IMG/VR virus record: IMGVR_UViG_3300027985_001320
Coordinates: 1 to 55,736 of that record
DNA from: a virus
Lineage: Duplodnaviria > Caudoviricetes
Reading direction: 5' to 3' (one strand)
DNA length: 55,736 nt
The number at the start of each line of letters is the position of its first letter. Within the stretch, counting starts at the first letter, position 1. A program made the translations under genes and the position numbers. Shown one piece after another: positions 16,631 to 27,140 of this stretch. The notes below the pieces were generated by a model. The model had not been told where the DNA came from and searched no databases. It saw nothing but the letters and a program-made list of their open reading frames with translations.

Positions 16631-18568
16631 CTACCGGATAACCCCTCTCGCCATCGCGGACAACACTTGTCCAGGTAATGTACCTGCCGTAATTAATGCC
16701 ATCCGGTTAGGACTGAAGTATTGGTCAAACTGACCCATCATTCTAGCGACGTTGATCCGCAGTTTTTTCCCGACGTAAATCTGATCCTGTAAACTTAACG
16801 ACCCCAACGTGGCCAGGTAGTCCGTATAGTTATTGTCATCATCGAATAACGCCTGAAGGCTATCCAGTGGCCCGGCGTCGGGTTTTACGGGCATGAAGAG
16901 AGCTTTACTCAGATCGGCCACGGTAAAGGTGATGTCGATCCCTAAGGCGCGCCCCTCTTTATTCCAGCCGATGTTACCGGTCCCGCGTTCGATCGTGATA
17001 TTTTTAATGACACCGGTTCGTATTTGCTGGTGACCTTGAAAGAACATTTCGCACAACATCGGCGAGGTCCATGACTGCCGGCCCGTCGCCAACGGCGCAG
17101 CCCCACAAAAGATCATGGAAAAGGGTAAGTAGATGGCCATCAATTGAGAAAATACGTTACCGTACGGACTGCGCAGTGGGATGGTAAAGGTCGTAGTCGG
17201 AAATTCCACATCGGTGGTATCGTACATGTCCGGAATGTCAACAAACGCCCGACCGGCAAAGGCCGCCACCCCCGACAGCTGGATCTTATCCAAGAACCCC
17301 ATGGTCAAATCCCCAATCGCCCCGCCGACTTTCTCGACGATATCGAAAAGGCCATCCCCGATATTACCGTCTGCTAAAGAAAAGCGTTTTTCGCGAGCAC
17401 TGTTGATAGCGGAGTTCATCGACTCCGCTAGTGGGGATGTTTTGGTGTTGTTCGTTAGCGATTCGGATACCGTACCGACGTGGTTGACACGAAACCCGAC
17501 AAACATTGAACCGTCGTTAACATCCGCTTCACCCGACGTAATGAATTGTTGCAACTTCGACGTCCATGTATCCGTATCATTAGCCGCCGCATCGACTTTA
17601 CTACTTTCCGTCTGGTTATAGCTGCGGCTCATGTAATCGTTAATAAACGCATCGAAACTGCGTCCCCTATCCACCAGGTTACTTTCCGCGGTATTATCAA
17701 AATAGGCAGCGATTTTAGTGCGTGCATCCTCCGCGGATGTCGATACATCCAAAATGTCAACGATCTGTTCATACTGCTGCATACCCAAGCGCTGCGCCCG
17801 GTTGGCGATCCGGAACACGTCGATGTTGCCGTTATCATCGAATACATCCGGCATGAACTGATGCATCTGTTCACGAATCTCGGCGGTCAATTCGACCCCA
17901 TCGGTTGCCTGGTTTGACAAGTTAACCCCCGGCTCGGTGCCTCGCGGGCGCCAGCCTAAATTCGCGGCGATACCATTGAACATCGTATTGACGGCGGACC
18001 AATAGACCGCTGGGTTAGGTTCGACATACATGTACTTACTGCGCGGTTTGTTTAAGAAGAAGCGAATCATTCGTCCCGCCATGACCAACGGCATGAGTGG
18101 AATAGTCGTGACCGTACCGGCGATGGAACCCACCGAATAAAAGAAGCCAGGGGCTTTACCGGTCCGGGCGACCGACGACATTGACGGGTTATAGAAGTTA
18201 CCAAAGAACTGTGTCAGTGAATTAAAACGCGCCAGCCCAAAGCGTAAGTAGATACGCTGCTCGTGGGCCGAAAAGACCTCTCCGTAGATGCGTGTAAGAC
18301 CACCCCCTACAGCCTTTGCATTGGCTTTGATATTCCCGACACGCCGCTCAACCGTATCCTGCGAATTGAAGCGCCCCGGTATCCGTAAGTCGGCAAAATC
18401 ACAGGGCTGGGGTAACGGGTTACACACAAATGACCCGCCGGGGGCGGTATCGATAAACTGCAGACTGACTTCTGTCCCTTCCCGAATCTTTTTGTCGATA
18501 GAGGTCAGCGACGATCCGGGGACCATAAACGACCGCCCGATCCAATCCACATCTTTTAAATTTGCCAT
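16631..18568 (-). CDS. Virion structural protein, phiKZ gp182-like (baseplate/hub region)
   Basis: 645 aa downstream of gp181-like. DTAPGG...NP.PQ, FG...FNSL..FF and LRSPYGN..S motifs. Confidence 0.72.
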   Translation of the reverse strand: MANLKDVDWIGRSFMVPGSSLTSIDKKIREGTEVSLQFIDTAPGGSFVCNPLPQPCDFADLRIPGRFNSQDTVERRVGNIKANAKAVGGGLTRIYGEVFSAHEQRIYLRFGLARFNSLTQFFGNFYNPSMSSVARTGKAPGFFYSVGSIAGTVTTIPLMPLVMAGRMIRFFLNKPRSKYMYVEPNPAVYWSAVNTMFNGIAANLGWRPRGTEPGVNLSNQATDGVELTAEIREQMHQFMPDVFDDNGNIDVFRIANRAQRLGMQQYEQIVDILDVSTSAEDARTKIAAYFDNTAESNLVDRGRSFDAFINDYMSRSYNQTESSKVDAAANDTDTWTSKLQQFITSGEADVNDGSMFVGFRVNHVGTVSESLTNNTKTSPLAESMNSAINSAREKRFSLADGNIGDGLFDIVEKVGGAIGDLTMGFLDKIQLSGVAAFAGRAFVDIPDMYDTTDVEFPTTTFTIPLRSPYGNVFSQLMAIYLPFSMIFCGAAPLATGRQSWTSPMLCEMFFQGHQQIRTGVIKNITIERGTGNIGWNKEGRALGIDITFTVADLSKALFMPVKPDAGPLDSLQALFDDDNNYTDYLATLGSLSLQDQIYVGKKLRINVARMMGQFDQYFSPNRMALITAGTLPGQVLSAMARGVIR

Positions 18569-18591
18569 TGCAAATGCTCCCTATGTCAAAA

Positions 18592-18613
18592 GCGGGGAGG
18601 TTACCCTCCCCGC
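18592..18613 (-). terminator. Hairpin between gp181-like and gp182-like genes
   Basis: GCGGGGAGG-TTAC-CCTCCCCGC, followed by TTTT on the minus strand. Confidence 0.55.
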
Positions 18614-18628
18614 GCTACACCGTATACA

Positions 18629-21600
18629 CTAACTTACATTACGCTCAGCATTGATCCTGAACCCCCGACCCCGTTCCCGCTGCGGGGAGGTTTTCGCAGG
18701 TGCAGTCGCCGCGACGGGTTGTGGGTTCGTCGCTGCCGGCCGGTCCCGTGTCAAGGTGACCAGGGTAGTCAACTCCTCACGGATACCTTTCTGCACTGTG
18801 AGCTGTTCACTCAACAACCCGGCCATCGTTGACAACTCCTCAACCATGGTCTCCCGGAGCGTCTCTTGGCGCGCCTGGACCTTATTCCGCAACCGTTCCC
18901 GCTCCGCTTGTAGCGGATTAGCCGGTCCCGTTGGGGTCGGCGTCCCGTAGGTGGCGGAGGCCGCGGCCCCAGTGATACTGAGGGACGACTTCGGTGCCAC
19001 GCCAGTCATCGCCCCTGTAAGATCCGCCGGACTATCCTCAGTGGTCCGTTGCTGAAGTTTTAAGGCTTGCTTGAGTGCGGTCACTTTAGTCGGCCCGGAC
19101 GTCACTGCCCCTTTAATCGTTTCAGGCGGTAAGAGGGGTGCTTCGGGTGTGGTATTGGTAGTGGCTTCAACGACCTCCTGGGTTGTTTTATCGAAGTTAA
19201 CCCCCGCAAACTTGGACGAGTGCTTACGCACCAATCCATCCATGTGTTGGTACAATTCACCCACTGTCCGCGCCCGACCGCCCTTCGTAAAGAAGATCGA
19301 CGGGTTGTTCCTTGCCCCGCTCGGATCAACGGCATTTGCTGGTGCTGAACTGTCCGCCCGTAACATGATGGACGCTTTAGGTGCCCCTAGGAAATGGGCC
19401 AGGTAGATATCCGTATCCGTTACCGGACGGTCTAACACTTTGCTCAGTGCATCATAGTTCTCCTTGATGAATTCAGCCCCCATCAGTGCTGAGGCCCGCG
19501 GATCCAACCGACTGGCGTTCGGGGAGAGCCCATATTTGGCCCCGTGGCGAGACAACATCGTAGCCCACGTACTATCGATAAACTGATAGAGTCCGGTCGC
19601 GGACCCAACCGGTGCCTTAGCCCCCGCCTTGAATCGGGACTCAATGCTCGCCATGGTCATCATCAGGTGTGGATCAACACCCGCCATCGCGGCTACCGCC
19701 CCGATGAGATCATAGTAGTACTGTGCATCCCCATCCCCAGCCGGTATCGGTAAGTTATTGATATCACCGACCGTACCCTTACCTGGGTGGACGACGATCG
19801 CCCCTAACGGCAAGGGGGGCGGTGACGTCAGATGGCCCGCGGAGCGTTGGGCTTGCCGTGTTTGCTGGCGCTGTGCTAACTGCGTGTTCTGTGCCGGCGT
19901 CCCCGACGTGTTGCCAGATGCTGAGCGCTGACCCCGGTTTTGTAACCGGGCCTCACGGGCGGCGTTGCTGGTGCCCACCTTCGGCAGCGGGGAAGGTTTA
20001 TACTCCTCTTGTTTTGCATTCTCCCGCAGTTGGTCGATGATGGCCTTAATGTCACTTAAGGTCGTCTCATAGGACTCCCCACTAAAGGGCCCGTACGGCA
20101 CGTTGATAACACTCATGCTACGTTTGTCATACGTAACCTGCGTACCGACTAACGCCGTAGCGATCGCCAGTTTATCATTCCACGTCATCCCGATTAAACC
20201 CGACGTGACCGTCGCTGTAGGCGCCACTTGGTGTAGGGCACTGATAAAGGTTTGGATCACGGGTAAGAACCGGTATTCTACCCAGTTGCCCCAGGCCAGA
20301 CGATCCTCTTCGGTGACGATCCCAAAGTTACCCCCTTCGCTCGCCACCAGATCAGCGATTGAGCCGGTAAACTCAACGCACCCCCCCGCCAACACGGATA
20401 GGCTATCCACAACACGACGCTCCAGTGACATCAAGGCATTGACACTGGGTTTGCTGTAGCCGATTAAACCATAGAGTGCCAAACGGATCTGCATCAAAGG
20501 ATCCAGCTCCACACCCTGTGTGCCCACCATGCGAGCGGTCACCCCTAATCCGGTTGTTGTAGCGACAGCACCCACTACAGCGCCTGTAGGCTTCCTCAGG
20601 GCCTCACTACGTGGCGTTGCGGAGACAGCAGGGGGTTTGGCTAGGGCAGTCGCTGCAAGCGCTCCAGCCGCCATTCTAGGAGCTTTATCACCTTTTGACG
20701 AATCCTCACTGTGTTCAGCAATGATCGCAGCGCGTAAATTAGCGATGGCGGACTGGTCGTTAAAGGGGGTCACTGAAGCCAGCGGCCCGATCTGTGCGTT
20801 GTACGACACGGTTCCAGTGGCGGATGCAACATCGGCGACGACTTGACCCGTCATCCGACTAAGGTCTTTAAAGGACTTACCTACGGCATACCGCTGTTTC
20901 GCACTGACATGTGCCAGAAAGACCGGTTTGAAGCGCTGCTGGAACCACTCCATCCAGTTCCGCACCGCTGTCATATCGCTTTCATCAATGCCGAACGCCT
21001 GAATAACCTCACCCAGACCCTTACCCGGGGAACGTAACTGTGGACCTTGCTCTGTAAACGCCACATAGTCCTCACAGTACGTTTCCAGCCCCAGCGCCGC
21101 TTCCGCAATGCGTTCATGATCCGGATTGACCCCATACTCCATGATACGGAGTTTACCCAAATCGTTACGCTCACGCCGGAACCAGCGGTAAATGCCATAT
21201 CCCGCTAACCCCGCCCCGGCAACGACACCCGCGCCGACTAACACCGGGGCTGAAAACAGCCCCCCCAGCACCCCAGCGATTGAACCACCGACGCCGCCTA
21301 AAGACCCCAATATACCGAGCATGCTAGTGCCGCCCGCTGTGATCCCGGACAAAGCGGCACTCCCTAATGAAGTAGTTCCCGCCAGCAGCCCTAGTTTACC
21401 TAGCCCAGTTGACGCTACGCGACCGACCGTCTTAATGAGGCTTTTCGGCCGCTTCAAAAGACGCCCCGCTTTTTTCTTCAGCCACTTCCCGCCTTTCTTC
21501 AAACGATCCCACAGACTGCCATCCATGATATCGGTGATGTCATCTGCGGTATCCACGGCATCCAGCAGTGAGCCCTCCTCGTCGTCGTCTTCCTCGGGTT

Positions 21601-24600
21601 TCTTATTCCGTCCGGTGATGAGGCTAATCAGACTTGCCAGACCACCCCCAAACAACGACGGCCGTTTAGCGTCCGGCACCGGTTTACCGTCGCTATCCAC
21701 CGTCCCCGCCTGTGCGGCACGCTGTGCCTGCCAGGACCCGGTCCGCAGTGTCGGTTCGAGTCGTTCATCCAGAATGTCACGGATATCCGTCAACAGGCTA
21801 ACCTGCTGCTTGCCTGCCGTCCCGAAGGCGATCAGGGGATTACTCTCCCCGTCACCGACCACGCGGTTGAATAACCCACGACCTACATCAAAGGCGCCTT
21901 TATATAAACGCCCGGTCATCCGGAGCATCGACAGCGGGAGATTGAACGCCATTCGAGCAAACTCACCCGCCCGCTGTTTAATACTCTTAAAGGGTTTACC
22001 ATACTGGTCGACCAGATTCGGCAAATCTTCAAGGGCGATCCGATCCTTATTGTTGATATCTACGATAGGACCGGTGATATCACTGACCCGTGCGATCGGG
22101 GTGGTGCTGCCTTTAACGAAGTATCCGCCGTTGGCCATAACCGTCCCGACCAGGCGTGGACTGGATTCACCTTTAACATAAACCGACTGCGGACCATCGG
22201 CGAGATCCCGGAGGAACCCAATGCCGCTCTGAACGGCATGTACCCCCATCATGGGCAGGCTGAACGCCATACCCAGATACTTACCGTAGCCCTTAAGGAT
22301 GGTTGAAATTAAATCCGTTAACACCGGTTTACCCATCCGATCGGTCAGGCCCTTCTTGTAGTCCGCATAGGACAATACGATTTCACCCGACGCGTCCAAG
22401 ACATCCCCGGAGATATCTTCCCAGCGTGTTAAGACCTTCCGCGTATTGGCATCAATGTACTCGCCGTTCAGTAGCTTTTCTTTCAATAAGCGCGGCCGGC
22501 GCTCCCCACGCACGTACAGGTTGATCCATTCGTTGGCCCGCGCCACTGTGGAACTGATCAGGTTCCCCGTCATCGACGCGGCCCCGGATAATCCTTTCCC
22601 AAAGAGACCAACGAGCCCGGCATACCCAGTGAGAAGCTGACCACCCGCTTTACGGAAGGTCCCGCCGACCGTCATCGGAGGGCGCCCCTCATTTCCACCT
22701 TTCCACTGGAACCGTTTGATATAACGACTCATTCGCCCAGACAGTTCACTATCCTCCTGGATCAATGACCGGATATAGTCAGCATTGTAGTAACGGCCGG
22801 GTTTAACATGATCCCCCCGGTTAATCCGCTCTTCCAAACTATCCAGCCACTGCTCTGGGTCAAACGGCTCATCACTTTTCATGGCAGCGTCAAGTGACGT
22901 TCGGATTTCAGCCTTTATTCCCCGTAACCGTTCGAGGCGTTCCCGTCCGGCTTCCGTGATCGAAGAGGCGGCATCGGTAACCGAGGCGCGCATTCGACCT
23001 ACCCAGCCCGTACGCCCCCACCGTTTCGGATCAAAGTCGGCTAGCGACAAGCGTGGTTTTCCGCCTGGGCCCACCGGGCCTGGACCACCCCCACCACCGT
23101 TGGGTCCCGCCCCACCTGGAACCCCCTGATTATCCCATTTGGTCAGCAGGATCAGAATCTCACGGCTGACATTACGGTTATCATGGTGATCCATCAAGAA
23201 GGCATTGGTTGCATTGGCGGTACTGCGCGTATTCTGATCGATGGATAACAGAAGGTCATCGAACTTGGCCAGCGATTCTTGATTATCCGGATTGACCCCG
23301 GGCGGTGGGGTCATGCGAATATCCCGAATCGCCTCCGCAATCATTCGGGCGGTTTCTTGGCCCACCGCCGTAACATCATCAGCCCATGCCGGACGAGCGC
23401 TATCAGTGCGACGATCAGCATCACGCTGCATGTCACCAACAGTCGCCCCAGCGCCCGGATACGTCGGCGCAGCTGCATCACTTAATCCCTCATCCTGGCT
23501 ATAAAGGTAATTCGCAAGGTTATCAAAGTTGATACCCACCTGGTTATTACTAAACTGCGTCAGCCCCAGGTCGCTCAAAGCCCCTAGTCCATATTGGCGA
23601 GCGATAGTGTTCAGCACTTCCTGTGCTGATGTGGTATTGCTGATCGAACGCCAGCCATACGAGGCCTTCGCGCGGCGATCATACTGCGCCCGACGTTCTT
23701 CATTTGACAGATCCGTACGGGTATATTCACTGAAGAACGCGGCCAGCTGCGCGGCGTCGTTGGGGCTACCATACCGGCGGTAGGTATCCTCATCCGCCAA
23801 GACGGCCATGTTGATGCCGTGCCCGGCCATCCGGGCAAAGGTAAAGTATTTACCTAAGATAGCACGCGCGCTGGCGGATAGCTGACCGTCCGGATCAAAG
23901 GCGTCGATCATGGAGGTGACATAGGTTTCACTGGGGTTTAAGCGTGACCGTAGCGTGGATTCAATACTACGCGTTACGGTGCGCCGATTCTCCACTCGAC
24001 CCGTACGTGGGTCGAAGATCGACTCTTCACCCCCTTCTCCAGTCAGGATACCCAGGCGCTGATGGATTTTTGCTAACCAGGACGGAATCACTTCGCGAAT
24101 AGCGATGTCCGTATCGGAGGTATACGGGGTCGATTCCCCCATATTACCAAACTCACTCTCATTCTTGCGCAGCGTGCCGTCGACCGTAAAGGTATCCATC
24201 ATACTGCGCAGCCAGTTCACTACGGGGTTAAGTGCCCGGCCTTTAGTGGTCATGGGGTCAAAGAGATCGCTACCGCTTTTGGCAAAGTCGTTGATCTGGC
24301 CAATGTAATCGTTCCCGAATACCGCGGCCCGGTTACCCCCTTCTAACAACCACGGGTAACGCTCCAGCAATCGCCGAATCTTAGGCGCCAGCCACATCGC
24401 CCCTTCGCTGCCGAGGATACTCCCCCCAGCGAGCCCCGCCATCTCGGCCCCAGATGGACCCGGCATATCGCTAGCCATTGCATCCATGCCCATCGTCGCT
24501 TGGGATATCTGCCCGCCCAACGATGATAACTGGTTCTGTAGTGCGCCGCGCAGGTTCTTCGCCGTCCGCTGGGCGAACGTGCTCATGTAACGCCCTGCCG

Positions 24601-25438
24601 TATTGTACGTTCCGCTTAAAATACGCTCACGGATAATGGCGTCCCCCGTTTCCCCCCACCGCAGTTTGAGGAAGTCAGGTAACCCTGTGTTTTTGATCAC
24701 GGCCCGCATCCGTTCATTCATGTCTTTACCAAAAGCGGTAAAGGCTTTAAAGTGGTCACGGGCCACATAGAGATGCCGGTATTTTAATTCCAGCGATTTT
24801 TGCTGGTAACGCAGGGTAATAGTGTTCTGATACCCCGAAAGCCGTGCCGTATCACGGCGAATATACTCCAGCTGCTTAAGGGTCAGTTTCGTCCCTTCTT
24901 CGCTGCGCATTTCCCGCAGATTATCGAGGTCGAGGCGGTATTTATCCTGTTCCGCCTGGAGTGTCTGTTGTCCTTCACTGATCGCTAAGAGTGTCTGTTC
25001 GACCCCCGCTTCTTCCATGCTCGGCAGTGCGCCGACCCCTGGTCCTTTCTCAAGGGCGCGGTTAATACGGTCCCGCATCCGCTCGGGCAGAAATTTACCG
25101 CCTTTCTCCATTACGCCGCGGCCAAGCCGCTTGACGTCTTCCGCGTAAGGCGCAAGGTCGTGCTTGGCCGTATCGTATAGGTCGCCAACGACACGGGATA
25201 CGTCGTTATACGCTGGGGCTACAGCGCTATAACGTTCAGGTAGCGCATCCGAAATGGCCCGGCGAACAGTATCCGGTTGAGTTAGTTGATCCAGTGCCCC
25301 ACTGAAAACGCCTTTACCCACCTTTTCTACTGGGCTGCGACTATCATCGACTTCGTCTGGTAACGAACCATCGAATAACCCATCATCAAAATCATCAAGG
25401 TCAACGTCGTCAACATTAATATCGTCGTCTTTGGCCAT
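18629..25438 (-). CDS. Large tail protein with soluble lytic transglycosylase domain (phiKZ gp181-like; tape-measure/cell-puncturing)
   Basis: 2269 aa. C-terminal SLT motifs ASIESRF, SATGLYQFIDSTW, DPRASALMGAEF and YLAHFLG. Gly-rich hydrophobic segment. Divergent from the vRNAP beta' gene. Confidence 0.87.
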   Translation of the reverse strand: MAKDDDINVDDVDLDDFDDGLFDGSLPDEVDDSRSPVEKVGKGVFSGALDQLTQPDTVRRAISDALPERYSAVAPAYNDVSRVVGDLYDTAKHDLAPYAEDVKRLGRGVMEKGGKFLPERMRDRINRALEKGPGVGALPSMEEAGVEQTLLAISEGQQTLQAEQDKYRLDLDNLREMRSEEGTKLTLKQLEYIRRDTARLSGYQNTITLRYQQKSLELKYRHLYVARDHFKAFTAFGKDMNERMRAVIKNTGLPDFLKLRWGETGDAIIRERILSGTYNTAGRYMSTFAQRTAKNLRGALQNQLSSLGGQISQATMGMDAMASDMPGPSGAEMAGLAGGSILGSEGAMWLAPKIRRLLERYPWLLEGGNRAAVFGNDYIGQINDFAKSGSDLFDPMTTKGRALNPVVNWLRSMMDTFTVDGTLRKNESEFGNMGESTPYTSDTDIAIREVIPSWLAKIHQRLGILTGEGGEESIFDPRTGRVENRRTVTRSIESTLRSRLNPSETYVTSMIDAFDPDGQLSASARAILGKYFTFARMAGHGINMAVLADEDTYRRYGSPNDAAQLAAFFSEYTRTDLSNEERRAQYDRRAKASYGWRSISNTTSAQEVLNTIARQYGLGALSDLGLTQFSNNQVGINFDNLANYLYSQDEGLSDAAAPTYPGAGATVGDMQRDADRRTDSARPAWADDVTAVGQETARMIAEAIRDIRMTPPPGVNPDNQESLAKFDDLLLSIDQNTRSTANATNAFLMDHHDNRNVSREILILLTKWDNQGVPGGAGPNGGGGGPGPVGPGGKPRLSLADFDPKRWGRTGWVGRMRASVTDAASSITEAGRERLERLRGIKAEIRTSLDAAMKSDEPFDPEQWLDSLEERINRGDHVKPGRYYNADYIRSLIQEDSELSGRMSRYIKRFQWKGGNEGRPPMTVGGTFRKAGGQLLTGYAGLVGLFGKGLSGAASMTGNLISSTVARANEWINLYVRGERRPRLLKEKLLNGEYIDANTRKVLTRWEDISGDVLDASGEIVLSYADYKKGLTDRMGKPVLTDLISTILKGYGKYLGMAFSLPMMGVHAVQSGIGFLRDLADGPQSVYVKGESSPRLVGTVMANGGYFVKGSTTPIARVSDITGPIVDINNKDRIALEDLPNLVDQYGKPFKSIKQRAGEFARMAFNLPLSMLRMTGRLYKGAFDVGRGLFNRVVGDGESNPLIAFGTAGKQQVSLLTDIRDILDERLEPTLRTGSWQAQRAAQAGTVDSDGKPVPDAKRPSLFGGGLASLISLITGRNKKPEEDDDEEGSLLDAVDTADDITDIMDGSLWDRLKKGGKWLKKKAGRLLKRPKSLIKTVGRVASTGLGKLGLLAGTTSLGSAALSGITAGGTSMLGILGSLGGVGGSIAGVLGGLFSAPVLVGAGVVAGAGLAGYGIYRWFRRERNDLGKLRIMEYGVNPDHERIAEAALGLETYCEDYVAFTEQGPQLRSPGKGLGEVIQAFGIDESDMTAVRNWMEWFQQRFKPVFLAHVSAKQRYAVGKSFKDLSRMTGQVVADVASATGTVSYNAQIGPLASVTPFNDQSAIANLRAAIIAEHSEDSSKGDKAPRMAAGALAATALAKPPAVSATPRSEALRKPTGAVVGAVATTTGLGVTARMVGTQGVELDPLMQIRLALYGLIGYSKPSVNALMSLERRVVDSLSVLAGGCVEFTGSIADLVASEGGNFGIVTEEDRLAWGNWVEYRFLPVIQTFISALHQVAPTATVTSGLIGMTWNDKLAIATALVGTQVTYDKRSMSVINVPYGPFSGESYETTLSDIKAIIDQLRENAKQEEYKPSPLPKVGTSNAAREARLQNRGQRSASGNTSGTPAQNTQLAQRQQTRQAQRSAGHLTSPPPLPLGAIVVHPGKGTVGDINNLPIPAGDGDAQYYYDLIGAVAAMAGVDPHLMMTMASIESRFKAGAKAPVGSATGLYQFIDSTWATMLSRHGAKYGLSPNASRLDPRASALMGAEFIKENYDALSKVLDRPVTDTDIYLAHFLGAPKASIMLRADSSAPANAVDPSGARNNPSIFFTKGGRARTVGELYQHMDGLVRKHSSKFAGVNFDKTTQEVVEATTNTTPEAPLLPPETIKGAVTSGPTKVTALKQALKLQQRTTEDSPADLTGAMTGVAPKSSLSITGAAASATYGTPTPTGPANPLQAERERLRNKVQARQETLRETMVEELSTMAGLLSEQLTVQKGIREELTTLVTLTRDRPAATNPQPVAATAPAKTSPQRERGRGFRINAERNVS

Positions 25439-25495
25439 GGTATACCCCCACTGTAAAACACTGTTGAATCATAGGTTCAGCGTCAGGAGCCGCCA

Positions 25496-27139
25496 ATGTT
25501 GCCCTTTAATATCGAATTATTGGACGTCACACCGTTCACACGCCAGATGCGTCCGATCAAAGTGTTAGATACCTTCGAAGGAAACACGACTAACTTTCAT
25601 CCCGACGGTCTTTTTTCAACAGAGATCTTTGGGCGTGTGGGTGATGATGTCCGCGATCAGCGGTACTCGTACATTGAATTGAACACGACCATTTTACACC
25701 CGATTATATTCCGACTGTTTATGCAGTTAAAACGGCTTTATGTCGGGATACTGGAAGGCACGCAGTATGCGCGCTGGGATCCTGAACTGAGTGACTTCGT
25801 GGCAGCGAATGCCTTGGAGGGACAGACGGGTTATGCCTTCTTTATTAGCCATTGGCGTGAGATCAAATTCAAGCCGACTAAATCCCCGATTCGCCAAGAC
25901 CGCATTAAAGCGATTGTAGGGCACCAGAAAGGGCTAGCCTCCGCCGCTGAAGTATCACGTGTCTTGGTGATCCCTGCGGGTCTGCGTGATGCTGAAATCA
26001 AAGATGACGGTCACCGTGTCGAAGATGAGATCAACACCTTTTACCGCGACATCCTGCGGATTGCTAATACAATTGGCTTCACGACTGGCGAAGTAAAAGG
26101 TAACCAGTCCAGTATCATCGATAACTCACGCTACATCATGCAGCAGCGTTTTAATGCGATCTACTGGCAAATACATAACTTCCTGTTTAAGGGGAAAGGC
26201 AGCTTTATGCTCAGTACGGTGATCTCTCGCCGTATCTATAATGGTACCCGTGGGGTCTTTACCTCGATGGATATGCGGGCTGGAAACCTGACGGCCGATA
26301 ACTACCCACGCTTTAACCAAACGGTCCTGGGGCTGCACCAGGCCTCCCGTGGTGCGCTGCCCAAGGTTATCTATGCCCTCCGTCAAGGGTGGTTGGCAGA
26401 CGTCTTCAGTGGTCAGGAGGGAATGTGTACCCTAGTAGACCCTAAGACACTTAAACCGACGGAAGTGCGAGTACAGCCCGATACATACGACCGGTGGACG
26501 ACTACCGAAGGTCTCGAAAAAGTGATCGCGATGCTGGATGAGGTATCACTACGTAACCATCCGATTATGGTAGAAGGGTTCTATCTGGGGCTGGTGTACA
26601 TATCACCCCTCGGGCATAAGCCCCTCACGTATCGTATCTTTAACAATATCGACGACCTCCCCGAGGGTTTAGACCGAGCGAATGTCTATCCACTTAACTT
26701 AACCCTACTTATCTATTTAAGCGGGCTCTCGGTCTGGGATACGTTGTGTATGTTGGTGACACGCTATCCAATTACCGGGTTAGGGTCAATTTACGGGAGT
26801 GAGTTGTATCTGAAAGTCACGCTGGACTCTACGGAACGTTATCAGTTGGATAACGAGTGGAACCCAACTGACATCAAAGCCCGGGAGTTTCCTTCTATTT
26901 CGGAAGAAGCCCGATTTATCGATACCATTATCCCAAACCCGTCTCGCTTACAGGGGATGGGCGCCGACTTCGACGGTGATACGGGCAGTGCTACGATCAC
27001 GTATACGGATGAGGCGCTGGCTGAACAGAAACGGTTACAACAAACCCGTGAGTTCTGGCTATTGCCGGACGGCCAACTGAAAGCTAGCGCTAGCTACCAT
27101 ATCACCAACTTATTCTTTAAAAACATGACAGGTAAATAA
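25496..27139 (+). CDS. Virion RNA polymerase beta' subunit fragment with catalytic DxDGD motif (phiKZ gp180-like)
   Basis: DGLFSTEIFG (RpoC DGLFCERIFG-like), VIPAGLRD and GADFDGD. 547 aa. Confidence 0.92.
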   Translation: MLPFNIELLDVTPFTRQMRPIKVLDTFEGNTTNFHPDGLFSTEIFGRVGDDVRDQRYSYIELNTTILHPIIFRLFMQLKRLYVGILEGTQYARWDPELSDFVAANALEGQTGYAFFISHWREIKFKPTKSPIRQDRIKAIVGHQKGLASAAEVSRVLVIPAGLRDAEIKDDGHRVEDEINTFYRDILRIANTIGFTTGEVKGNQSSIIDNSRYIMQQRFNAIYWQIHNFLFKGKGSFMLSTVISRRIYNGTRGVFTSMDMRAGNLTADNYPRFNQTVLGLHQASRGALPKVIYALRQGWLADVFSGQEGMCTLVDPKTLKPTEVRVQPDTYDRWTTTEGLEKVIAMLDEVSLRNHPIMVEGFYLGLVYISPLGHKPLTYRIFNNIDDLPEGLDRANVYPLNLTLLIYLSGLSVWDTLCMLVTRYPITGLGSIYGSELYLKVTLDSTERYQLDNEWNPTDIKAREFPSISEEARFIDTIIPNPSRLQGMGADFDGDTGSATITYTDEALAEQKRLQQTREFWLLPDGQLKASASYHITNLFFKNMTGK

Positions 27140-27140
27140 C

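Noticed and set aside
21192-22181. 329-aa plus-strand ORF and similar long antisense ORFs (2462..3073, 11500..12147, 30888..31451, 42711..43214)
   Set aside because: They are shadows of well-supported genes on the opposite strand, with compositions (Ser/Pro/Arg-rich) typical of antisense frames and no RBS or motifs.
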